NCBI GenBank assembly: GCA_951406725.2
Contig: OX597823.1
Location: 78,926,001 to 78,990,000 of the forward strand
Length of the DNA: 64,000 nucleotides
Direction: 5' to 3'
From: Octopus vulgaris
Taxonomy: Eukaryota
Notes under the pieces: generated by a model
Databases searched by the model: none
What the model saw: the letters and a program-made list of their open reading frames with translations, nothing else
What the model was told of the DNA's origin: nothing
Program-made: the position numbers and the translations under genes
Shown: piece after piece, positions 53,582 through 64,000 of the stretch
Numbering within the stretch: the first letter of the stretch is position 1
How the letters are laid out: each line of letters opens with the position of its first letter

Positions 53582-53626
53582 CACACGCTGACGAGAGGTC
53601 AATACCTCGAAACTCGAGTCCGTGTG
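53582..53626 (+). ncRNA. Type I hammerhead ribozyme (right copy)
   Basis: cacacg-CUGACGA-gaggu-caau-accuc-GAAA-cucga-GUC-cgugug: complete conserved core, 6-bp stem I, 5-bp stem II closed by G-C, short palindromic stem III; predicted cleavage after 53620. Confidence 0.92.
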
Positions 53627-55264
53627 TATCATAAGTTGAAGACGGGAAGGATGACTTCCCTTTGCAAATACTGACAGGACACAGATAGTGTGTCTATGGC
53701 CAGCTGGAGGAGTGTGTCCTCCTGGGGCTAAAAACTACAGTAGCATCCACCCTTAGGGGTTAGCCATATTGAAATGGCAAAAATACGTCACGATGTGTTA
53801 CCGCTACTGTATATAACTCACTTTGATATTTATCATTGTTATATATATATATATATATACATATATAAATATATGAATGTATGTGTGTGTGTGTGTATGT
53901 GTGTGTATGTATATATGTATATGTGTGTATTTGTTGTTTAGAGACACACACAGATCTCAATATGCATTTCACAGTTACGATAAGGCAAGAGGATCACCTT
54001 CAAAAATATTACGATTCATTGGACAGATTTTTATCGTTCAAGATTGACCCGGACATAATCCATAATACGAATATCATGGACGCCAAAACAAAACATTTCT
54101 AGGTTGTATCTTTCCAATGTCATTGGTTACGAATCACTTTATTGTTTGTCAAAGAATTTTACACGTAAATCTTCTCTACATAGATATTAAAATAAACGAA
54201 GATAAGCACATGGAGGTAACCTATTATTTATTCTCGGTTTCTCTCTCGTTTTCATTCTCAGATCATATCTTCCATATGTATCCTGTCATTTTAAATAATA
54301 TTTCAATATAGAAATAGAATATTGTACGGTAGGAACAGTCTAGAAGGAAAAATTTGAAAAAATATGTTTAAAAACCCCTTAAAGTGGTTAACACGATTGC
54401 CAAATCAAGAAGAAATGTAAATGTCATGTCGACATATATAGACGTGTGATATATATGTTTAAAAGTTCCAAGAAACATCTTGAAACGATAAGGAAAGAAG
54501 AAAATGCTCTTGTTTTACATTTGTTTTATTTTGCATTCGATTTAGTTCCATTTAGTTTCTGCTGCCAACTGAAATTAAGTCGAGGAATTGTAAAAGTGAC
54601 AGCCACTCCATTTGTTTTCCTGAAACTAAATTTGCTTCCGTATACACTACTTGATGTTGGACGTTGGCAATATGGCGAAGGGTGAACAAGTAAAATTTTG
54701 AGTTATTGCTTTACAATCGTTTTTTGGCGGCTTTGAGTTCAAATCAGGAGAACCTCAAATTTCCATTTTATCCATAATTTTTTACGTAGGACAAATGCCA
54801 ATAGCACTCGAAGTTCGAATAATTTCATTATGCCCATATTCTCAAGAAACAGAGAAAATAGATATTTTGTCTAGTTACGAATAATCAAGATTTAAGTGGG
54901 TTAGATTTAATATAATGGGCAGAGTGGAGGATTAAATATTGAAGCGAGTATAGTTTTGTATTTGTATGTTCTGAGTTCCATATATGTTGTATATAATGTA
55001 TTTTATGTATTTATTGCAATTCAAGTCTTGTGTTTACTTTAGATAAGAATTTTTAATAATTTTTACGCAAGAGGTAAAATTTCTTTGTTTGATACCCAAT
55101 TTAAACAAATTTCTGTAACGTAAGTTGCACATGCACTCAAAAGATATATGGTTACCTTTATATCTTGTAATATGCCTTCTAAAAATGTACAGTTTCTTCT
55201 TCTGCTAGGTAGAAGAATAGTTTCTTCTTCTGCTAGGTAGCAGAATAGTTATGAAGCGAGGCAA

Positions 55265-55455
55265 AAATTATTTGCAGCAATTTCGTCCGTCTTTACATTC
55301 TGAGTTCAAATTCCGCTCAGGTGGATTTTATCTTTCATGATCTAGGAGTCGGTAAAATAAGCACCAGTCGGTCACTGGGATCGATGAACCGGCTTACCCA
55401 CAGTGCCCCCCCCCAAAAAAAAAATTGCTGACCTTGTGCCAAAATTTGAAGCCAA
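55265..55455 (+). mobile_element. SINE family B, diverged
   Basis: tttcgtccgtctttacattctgagttcaaattccgc...gtcggtaaaataagcaccag...ccttgtgccaaaatttgaa. Confidence 0.8.
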
Positions 55456-56094
55456 CATAAGAGTGTTAATATCGTAAGTAGCAATTTTAAACAAATGATT
55501 TGGCAGAATATAGAAAATAATTCGAAACACATTTTTAGTGTTGTAGATAAAGAGACAGATTGGCAGAGGATAAATAGATAGGGGAGAGAGGAAATGTTGC
55601 TGAAAGATAAGAATATAAAAAAAAATAGATGCAAATTGCTTGGAAGGATACGAAATATGTAATATGATAATGGAAAGAAATAATGAAAATTGCGGTAAAG
55701 AGAAAATAAACACAAAAGATAGATTCAAGTATGGAAATAGATTGAAATAAAATGAATGAAAAAGAAGGAAGAAATAGTGAAGGAAAGAGAGAAAGAACAA
55801 GGATGTGCATACATTGGCATATAATAAAAAAAAATGAGTACAAAAGTACAAGGTGGACAAACAGAAAAGATAATAAGAAAAGGAGTTTAAAATTAATATA
55901 GATAGAGAACTAAAAGCATGGAGGGGCGAAAATTATGATGCAGAAAAAATATGGTTCCAACACATAATGGCGCAAATACACACTCACATACACATGATAG
56001 ATAAATAGATAGATACATATATACATACATGCATATACATACACACGCATTCATATATACATGATTATGTTTGAAAGGGAGAAGACTACTAGAT

Positions 56095-56715
56095 TCTTTT
56101 CTACTCTAGGCACAAGGCCCGAAATCTTGGAGGAGGACGCCAGTCGATTAGATCGAACCCTAGTACGCAACTGGTACTTAATTTATCGACCCCGAAAGGA
56201 TGAAAGGCAAAGGCGACCACGGCGGAATTTGAACTCAGAAGGTAAAAACAGACGAAATACCTATTTCTTTACTACCCACAAGGGGCTAAACAGACAGAGG
56301 ACAAACAAGGACAGACAAACGGATTAAGTCGATTATATCGACCACAGTGCGTAACTGGTACTTATTTAATCGACCCCGAGTGGATGAAAGTCCAAGTCGA
56401 CCTCGGCGGAATTTGAACTCAGAACGTAACGGCAGATGAAATACCCATTTCTCTACTGCCCACAAGGGGCTAAACACAGAGAGGACAAACAAGGACAAAC
56501 AAAGGGACTAATTCGGTTATATCGACCCCAGTGCGTAACTGGTACTTATTTAATCGACCCCGAATGGATGAAAGGCAAAGTTGACCTCGGCGGAATTTGA
56601 ACTCAGAACGTAACGGCAGACGAAATACCACTAAGCATTTCGCCCAGCATGCTAACGTTCTTTATTTCTTTACTGCCCAAAAGGGGATAAACAAGGACAG
56701 ACAAAGGGACTAAGT
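56095..56715 (-). mobile_element. SINE family B, three-core form plus extra linker fragment
   Basis: Three tandem ~180-bp core and linker units. Confidence 0.9.
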
Positions 56716-56888
56716 CTATTATTTTTTTTAATAAATATAACGAACAGTACTTTATACATAGGCATATACTTTTCATTATTTTTAATCGGAAGATAGTTAC
56801 GGAAGTGACTCAAGGACAAAAATGTTATTTCTATAAGCGCGATGCGCAAAAGCTCCGACTCTTGAGTCAATCTAGTAGTCTTCTCTTA

Positions 56889-57205
56889 AGGCGGTGAGCT
56901 CGCAGAAACATTAGTACGCCGGGCGAAATGCTTTGAGGTATTTCGTCTGTCGTTACGTTCTGAGTTCAAATTCCGCCGAGGTCGACTAAGCCTTTCATCC
57001 TTTCGGAGTCGACGAAATAAGTACCAGTTACGCACTGGGGTCGATATAATCGACTTAATCCGTTTGTCTGTCCTTGTTTATCCTCTCTGTGTTTAGCCCC
57101 TTGTGGGTAGTAAAGAAACATGTATTTCGTCTGCCGTTACGTTCGGTGTTCAAATTCCGCCGAGGTCGACTTTGCCTTTCATCCTTTCGGGTAGTAAAGA
57201 AATAA
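56889..57205 (+). mobile_element. SINE family B (head, core, linker, partial second core)
   Basis: aggcggtgagctcgcagaaac...ttctgagttcaaattccgccgaggtcgac. Confidence 0.9.
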
Positions 57206-58490
57206 GAAATTATATTTATAGCTTAAGAAAGCTGAAGTATGTTACCATATTTACAGGTTTAAAAGAAAGGAACGGTAAAAACTAAGTGCTTGACATATTG
57301 AAAGAAATCCCGGTCTAAATAAATGAGATATATAAACGTAATAATGTTCATGATTTACGTAGTAACGCATGAGCAGATTCAATCAGAGAGTAGAGATGGA
57401 AATTAAGATAATTGGCAGAATTTCAAAATCCTTCAATATTAATATACGCACTCGAAGCTGCATTAGATTAAAATGCAGGTGATTATATCACATTTATAAT
57501 ATGTATGCAAACGTGAAAAGGAACTTAGTGTAATATTTTTGTCTCGAAGAAAAAGCCGTTAAAAATTCAAACTTCGCTTAGAACGATGGTGGATAATTCA
57601 TCACGGCGTTTCGAGCTGATTCGAGTGATGAATACCTCAGGCGTTCTCAGCTAAGGCGAAGATACATATTTTAGTATTGAAATCGGTAAACGAAGTGTTT
57701 ATTGATTTGTGAGAAATCTAGCCAAGCTAGAATCAAATTATCAAACACATTGGATATTGTTTCTTCTTTCAGTGTAAGTTACGAATATTGGTATTACTTT
57801 GATGTTAAACCTAGAATGAGATGTTAGCTTGAATTCTATAACAGTTATTTTAATAGCATCTGCCTAAGTATACAGCTTGGAATCACTCATGCTGTGTTGT
57901 CCGTAACACGGACAACACAGTATGATCCAACAGTGATGATCCAACGCTCTGTTAAGGTCTACATAAGATTCTGTTCTAAATTACGATTGCATATAATAAT
58001 CAGCTAAAATGATATAACTTACAGAAGGTACAAAAGCTATCTTACATGTATTACCAAAATGTTATGTTCACAACACATACTCTAGATTGAAATTCAGGAA
58101 GATAACAACACTTCCCGGTGTCTCAAACACAGTAGAGTGTTCTGAAAACCATCCCTTCTATGCAATATGGCCATCTTTTATTTAATTCAGAAACCGTCCA
58201 TAAAATTTTTACCATTTTTCTTTCACTTCTTTCAGTGACCAGACTGTGGCTAAGCTGGAGCGCCGCATCGAAGGGCTTAGTCGAACGAATGGACTACAAT
58301 ACTCATTATGACTGATACATATTCTGTCGAGCTCTTTTGACGAACCACTGTGCGGATATAAAAACAACACTAGTTGTAAAGTGGTGGCGAGTAAGAAATG
58401 TAAGCACACACACACACATATACACGCGGATACATACAAACCTATAAAAGCATACACACACACACACACAGACACACAGAGACTCACACA

Positions 58491-58810
58491 TACGAGGGGC
58501 GTTCAATAAGTAATGCCCCTGACCCACTTCCCATAGCAGTAGAGCAACGAAACTTGGCACAGTTATTAGTCTTTTTCTATATAGAAACCACCCAGAGTTA
58601 CGCATTTCTACCATTGTTTGATGCAGCTCTGGAGACCGTTTTTGTAGAAGACCCCAGCTTGGTCCTCCAACCACGACGTGATGTCAGAAATCAAGGCTGC
58701 ATCATCTGGGAAACGCTTTCCTTTCAAAAACAACTTCATGGCTGGGAAGAAGTGAAAATCCGAGGGTGCAAGGTCAAGAGAGTAGGGGCATCGGGGAGGA
58801 GTTCATAGCC
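58491..58810 (-). mobile_element. Mariner transposon 3' end with TIR; transposase pseudogene fragment
   Basis: Minus strand GYELLP../YSLDLAPSDFHFFPAMKLFLKGKRFPDDAALISDITSWLEDQAGVFYKNGLQSCIKQW*KCVTLGGFYIEKD* (YSPDLAPSDF motif); terminus tacgaggggcgttcaataagt. Confidence 0.92.
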
Positions 58811-58819
58811 GCTACTTTA

Positions 58820-58992
58820 TTATTTTATTTGTTTCAGTCATTTGACTTCAGCATTAGTCGAGCAAGTCGACCCCAAGACTTATTCTTCGCAAGCCTAATA
58901 CTTATATCTCTTTTGCCGAACCGCTAAGTTACAGGGACGTAAACACTCCAGTATCGGTTGTCAAGTGATGTTGGGTGGACACAGACCCACAA

Positions 58993-59074
<82 letters not shown>

Positions 59075-59238
59075 GACGGGCTTCTTTCAGTTCCCCTCTA
59101 CCAAATCCATTCACAAGGCTTTGGTCGGCCCGAGACTAGAGTAGAAGATATTTACCCAAGGTGGCTAGGCAGTGGGACTGAACCCGAAACGAAGTGATTG
59201 GTAAGCAAGCTACTCACTACACAGTCACTCCTGCGCCT
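58820..59238 (-). mobile_element. tRNA-derived SINE, family A
   Basis: Match to family A; further degenerate pieces at ~58220-58400 and ~59330-59460. Confidence 0.9.
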
Positions 59239-59571
59239 ATATATATATATATGTCCATACATACATACATACATACATACATACATACACACACATACAC
59301 ATTCAGAGAGAGACGGTGAGAGAGAGAGAGGGACGGCTTTCACTCAGTTTCCATCTCCTAAATTCACTGTCAAGGTTTTGGTCGGCCTGAGGCTACAGTA
59401 GAAAAAGACTTAACCAGAGTGGTGCACAGTGAGGCTGAACCTGGAAACACGTGATTTCAAAGCGAGCTTTTAGAGCCAGGGATGTGCTTGATATTATTCC
59501 GGCATTTACCAGAATTATTTGTTTTTCCTGTTATCAGATGTACGGTGGATCTCATTCAAGCTAGTATATAT

Positions 59572-59805
59572 CTATTTCTTTATTACCCACAAGGGGCTAA
59601 ACATAGAGGGGACAAACAAGGACAGACATAGGTATTAAGTCGATTACATCGACCCCAGTGCGTAACTGGTACTTAATTTATCGACCCCGAAAGGATGAAA
59701 GATAAAGTCGACCTCGGCGGAATTTGAACTCAGAACGTAACGGCAGACGTAATACCGCTAAGCATTTTGCCTGACGTGCTAACGTTTCTGCCAGCTCGCC
59801 GCCTT
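59572..59805 (-). mobile_element. SINE family B, single-core form
   Basis: Linker-type tail, one core and head. Confidence 0.92.
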
Positions 59806-59814
59806 CTGGCTTCA

Positions 59815-60005
59815 AAGTTATTGCAAAAGGCCTAGCCGGAAGCCCACACGTCTGGGCTCTTTTATATGGCTTATAAAACCGGAAGGACGGCTGCAATAAG
59901 TGTCTGGAACTAAGGGGGAGGAATACACTCAATAAAACCATAATTAACTGATCCTTCTGTATTTTCTTTAACCCAAAGCCAGGACCTTTTCAGCACACCC
60001 TCGTA
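59815..60005 (+). mobile_element. Second mariner 3' end remnant
   Basis: ...CNKCLELRG/EYTQ* resembles the mariner C-terminal W.KC....GEY motif; ends ttttcagcacaccctcgta (TIR tacgagggtgtgctgaaaa). Confidence 0.65.
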
Positions 60006-60461
60006 AAATTTCTGGCGCTTCTACCCTTTGATTCGTGTCCATTTTATCATGATTTCTGCTTTTATTTGTTGTTATTGCTGATTGGCAGAAACTAGAACCT
60101 TATGGAGCCAGTCTTTATTCAAAACTGTATCAGTCATGGCGATCTATTCATTTTTTCTTTTTCTCAGGTTTCTTGTGGTTTCGCCTGTGGTCTTACTTTT
60201 AGAAAACGAAACAGTATAATTTCAAAGGAATTCGGCAACTATTTCGAGAGGTACAGGTCTATGATAAAATTAAACAATGACATTAATTTACACAATACTA
60301 AGACTTTGAACGACTTTAAGGCATCTATCCTCTTGCAAGCGTTCGGGTAAGGTACTTTGTCTGATGATAATCTCTTCTTACCTACCAGACATGGAGCTCT
60401 TGGAAAGAATTGCACATGGGTGCTACCCATTCTCCTTCATCAAAATCACTTTGAAAAGAAC

Positions 60462-60670
60462 GCTTTCAAAATTTGGCACAAGGCCAGCAATTGCGGGTAA
60501 GGGGTAAGTCGATTACATCGACCCCAATGATCAACTGGTACTTATATTATCAATCCTGAAAGTTTGAAAGCCAAAGTCAACCTCGGAGGTATTTGAACTC
60601 AGAACATAAAGACGGACAAAATACCGCTATGCATTTCCCGCAGTGCTAACTATTCTGTCAACTCACCGCC
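60462..60670 (-). mobile_element. SINE family B, diverged single core
   Basis: tttcaaaatttggcacaaggcc...gtcgattacatcgacccc...tttgaactcagaac. Confidence 0.85.
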
Positions 60671-61436
60671 ATATTTGACTATGAATATTAAAACGGTATA
60701 CACTAAAAAAAAAAAAAAAAAAAAATTGAGTCACTTTCCTACATTCTAATTCCGTAACATTTTGAAGAATTTCCTCTTCTTTCACACGAAAATTTGCAGA
60801 GCTATTTGTAATATACTGTAAAGAACATCGGAAATAGAAAATTATTATAATGGTGGGTTATAAATGCTTGCATATATTATTTGAATTATGTGATTGTGCG
60901 TGCATGTATGTATGTATATATGTATGTATGCATGTTTACGTGTATATATATATGTATGAATTCATGTATATTTGTATGTACGTATGGGTGTGTGTATATA
61001 TGTATGTATTTATATATGCATATTTGTATGTACGTATCAACCTATCTATTTATATATCTATCTGTCTGTCTATCTTTGTTTCTTTCTTCCTTCCTTCCTT
61101 TCTTTCTATCTTGATTATATATTGTGCTCAGTTGATAATGAATAGTATGGATGTGCTTCCGTGTAGATGTATGAGTCGATACTAGAGACTAGACACGCTT
61201 GTCGTTACGTAATTGTCTTGGCTCTATTCTTTATAATAGATTAAACTATTGTTCGATACATAAACAGCTATCTACTCCTAATACTACTACCACCATCACC
61301 TCCACGACTACTACTTCTACTACTACTTCTATTACTACTACCGTTGGTCACGATGATACAATCCCAGTCTTCTTATTTGCCCAAATGACTATGAATTCAA
61401 ATCAAAATTGCGTATATGCGTATAAACATATATATG

Positions 61437-61587
61437 GCGCAGGCGTGTCTGTGTGGTAAGAAACTTATTTCCCAACCTCATGGTTCTGGATTCAGTCCCA
61501 CTGCGTGGCACCGTGGGCTAGCGAAAGCCTTCTGAGTGGGTTTGGAAGAAGGAAACAGAAAGAAGCCCGTCGTATATATATACATAC

Positions 61588-61620
<33 letters not shown>

Positions 61621-61875
61621 AATGTATGTATGTATGTATGTATGTATGTATGTATGTATTTATGTGTATGTATCTGTGTTCCTCACCCTGCCATCACTTG
61701 ACAATCGATGCTGCTGTCCTTATGTCCCCGTAACTTAGAGGTCTGGCAAAAAAGGACTTAGAATTAGGGTTACAAAGAATAAGTCTTGAGGTCGATTTCT
61801 TCGACTAGAACCCTTTATGGTTGTACTCCAGCATGACCGCAGCCTAATGACTGAAATGAGTGAAAGAATAAAAGA
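61437..61875 (+). mobile_element. tRNA-derived SINE, family A
   Basis: ggcgcaggcgtgtctgtgtggtaag...atgactgaaatgagtgaaagaataaaag. Confidence 0.88.
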
Positions 61876-61881
61876 AGATAT

Positions 61882-61945
<64 letters not shown>

Positions 61946-62154
61946 GATGAAGGACTGTCTCGTGGTTAGACGACATATGAGGGTTGGACAATTTATCAAA
62001 CAACCACGCAGATATTTGTTTATTGTGATCAGATGTTTTTCTACACATAAGCTCACTCCCTCCATCTAACCGTAAAATGTCATGAACAGTAACCTTTTTC
62101 ATCTGACAGTCGCCTGCATCTTCAATTATACCATCTTCATAATTTTACTGTATA

Positions 62155-62554
62155 TTCTTCTCTACTCTAGGCACGAGGCCCGAAATTTTTGGGAAGGGGC
62201 CAGTCGATTAGATTGATCCTCAGCACACAAATAGTACTTAATTTGTCAACCCCGAAAGGATGAAAGGCAAAGTCGACCTCGGCGGAATTTGAACGCGTAA
62301 CGTAAAGACAGACAAAATACCTATTTCTTTACTATCCACAAGGGGCTAAACACAGAGAGGACAAACAAGGACAGACAAACGGATTAAGTCGATCACATCG
62401 ACCCCAATGCGCAACTGGTACTTAATTTATCGACCCCGAAAAGATGAAAGGAAAAGTCGACCTCGGCGGAATTTGAACTCAGAACGTAGCGACAGACGAA
62501 ATACTGCTAAGCATTTCGCCCGGCACCCTAACGATTCTGCCAGCTCACCGCCTT
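62155..62554 (-). mobile_element. SINE family B, two-core form
   Basis: Same architecture as 31825-32185. Confidence 0.92.
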
Positions 62555-63396
62555 CCCTACAACTAATATTGTCATTGCCTTGGCTACTTTAAAACAAATC
62601 CATCACCACTTCGAAATATAATTGTTACGGTTACTGCCACTAATACTATAAGTAGTGTACAAGTATTATTAAGATAAATAAATGTCTTTAAAATACCATT
62701 ACTGATGTTAGTACTGCTGCTGATGCTGACTGTGTTACGAACAATGTAACTGTTTCGTTTGTTGTTGTTTTTTCTCAAAGAAATCAATCGATTTTTGCAT
62801 TTAACCAGTTTCCTTCCTATTCCAGTTTAGCGCAAATGCGTTTCAGTTAGAATTCATTTGATGCAATTTTCCGTCCTCAAAGCAAAAATAATCTATGGCA
62901 CAGGTGTGAAGTAAACCGATTCCGTAGAAATGCAAATAATAAAATGTATATTAGATAGTTAATTATAGGCCATCGATTTCATTTGATTTGAAAGATAATC
63001 TTTTTCTTCAGTAGAATGTTTAGATGGCACCAGTTTTATTTCCTTTCAATGCTGAAATGTCCACCACTTAATTTGATAGATTTATTGCTCGGCATTTCGA
63101 AGTTCGACATTTTGCTAAAAGTGTCGATTAAAAAAGACGATTCATGAAAACTTTTATGTTGTTTTCCCTTCCTTACGTAACACAATCAAACAATTGTAAA
63201 ACACACGTCTGTATACAAATATACCACATGTATTATCATCCAGTTTGCAATAGCCATCAACCGCAATTTTTAGATCCCATTTGCAAAACTTTCCGGCTTA
63301 TATTTTTGGGGTAGTTGAAGCACCACTCAGCAGCAAACGTGTCATATTTTCAGCTTAGTAGGCCGGAGCATAAGCAATGAATTTCCCGTATGTATA

Positions 63397-63629
63397 TATT
63401 TATTTACTACCCACAAGGGGCTAAACACAGAGAGGACAAACAAGGACAGACAAACGGATCAAGTCGATTACATCGATCCCAGTGCGTTACTGGTACTTAA
63501 TTTATCGACCCCGAAAGGATGAAAGGCAAAGTCGACTCCGGCGGAATTTGAACTCAGAACGCAGCGGCAAACGAAATACGGCTACGCATTTCGCCCGGCG
63601 TACTAACGATTCTGCCAGCTCGCCGCCTT
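63397..63629 (-). mobile_element. SINE family B, single-core form with 17-bp TSD
   Basis: TSD aatttcccgtatgtata at 63380-63396 and 63630-63646. Confidence 0.95.
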
Positions 63630-64000
63630 AATTTCCCGTATGTATAAATGTTTAATGGAGATCGCTATAAATATAGTTATACACAAATGCTCAATAAAAT
63701 TTAATTCAAACAAATATAAAGGGCTTCATTAAGACGTTGATTAAACTAATGAGCTTGCCAATGAAGTGATAGCGATTTTTATGATAACATACACTACCAT
63801 AACTTTTTCTTATATTAATTAAACCAATATAAATGTGAACTTAGCATCTCTTTCAAATGGTGTATTTAGTAGAGTTCCTCCTGTGAAAGGTTGTATGTTG
63901 GTATTGATTTGTTGTCCCTAATTAGATTAGATCAGTAAGATTGATGGCTTTGCGATTCGATCTCTCGTTCTCATCTAGTGACCAGATTCAAAATGAATTT

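Larger units (their letters stand above)
53056..53840. mobile_element. Hammerhead-containing retrozyme-like / non-autonomous Penelope-type element: 353-bp unit in two inverted, over-unit-length tracts
   Basis: 336-bp inverted arms 53056-53391 and 53450-53785 (2 mismatches seen); 353-bp period in each tract (53056/53409 and 53450/53803); (TA)n on both flanks; each tract has one hammerhead. Confidence 0.85.

Noticed and set aside
53167-53674. Twin 63-aa ORFs (MFDFTFSIS...) on opposite strands
   Set aside because: They are mirror images produced by the palindrome, start at TTG, show no recognisable domain and overlap the ribozyme; the unit is better explained as structured RNA.
55193-55250. 28-bp tandem duplication (tttcttcttctgctaggtag.agaatag)
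   Set aside because: Ordinary local slippage with no further structure.
56095-56660. Regularly spaced repeats that might suggest a CRISPR-like array
   Set aside because: The intervening segments are themselves repeated (tandem SINE modules); eukaryotic context and no cas genes.

Overview
AT-rich, repeat-saturated eukaryotic (animal) genomic DNA. The SINE repertoire suggests a coleoid cephalopod, probably Octopus; this is inference from recall, not a database match. There is one convincing protein-coding region: an uninterrupted class A GPCR ORF (29895-31019, minus strand) with DHY and DPxxY motif variants and a splice acceptor just upstream of the ATG. The rest is microsatellites, four SINE families, and decayed R4/Dong, L1/Tx1-like, RTE and mariner fragments, plus MITEs and AT-rich foldbacks. 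Almost all other listed ORFs are microsatellite or repeat artefacts. The standout feature is at 53056-53840: a 353-bp non-coding unit carrying an intact type I hammerhead ribozyme. It is present as two greater-than-unit-length, differently permuted tracts in divergent inverted orientation inside a (TA)n tract. This is what a retrozyme or non-autonomous Penelope-type element copied from a circular RNA would leave. Several other (TA)n-embedded inserts carry variant or decayed minimal hammerheads. Coordinates of degenerate repeats are approximate and were read by eye.
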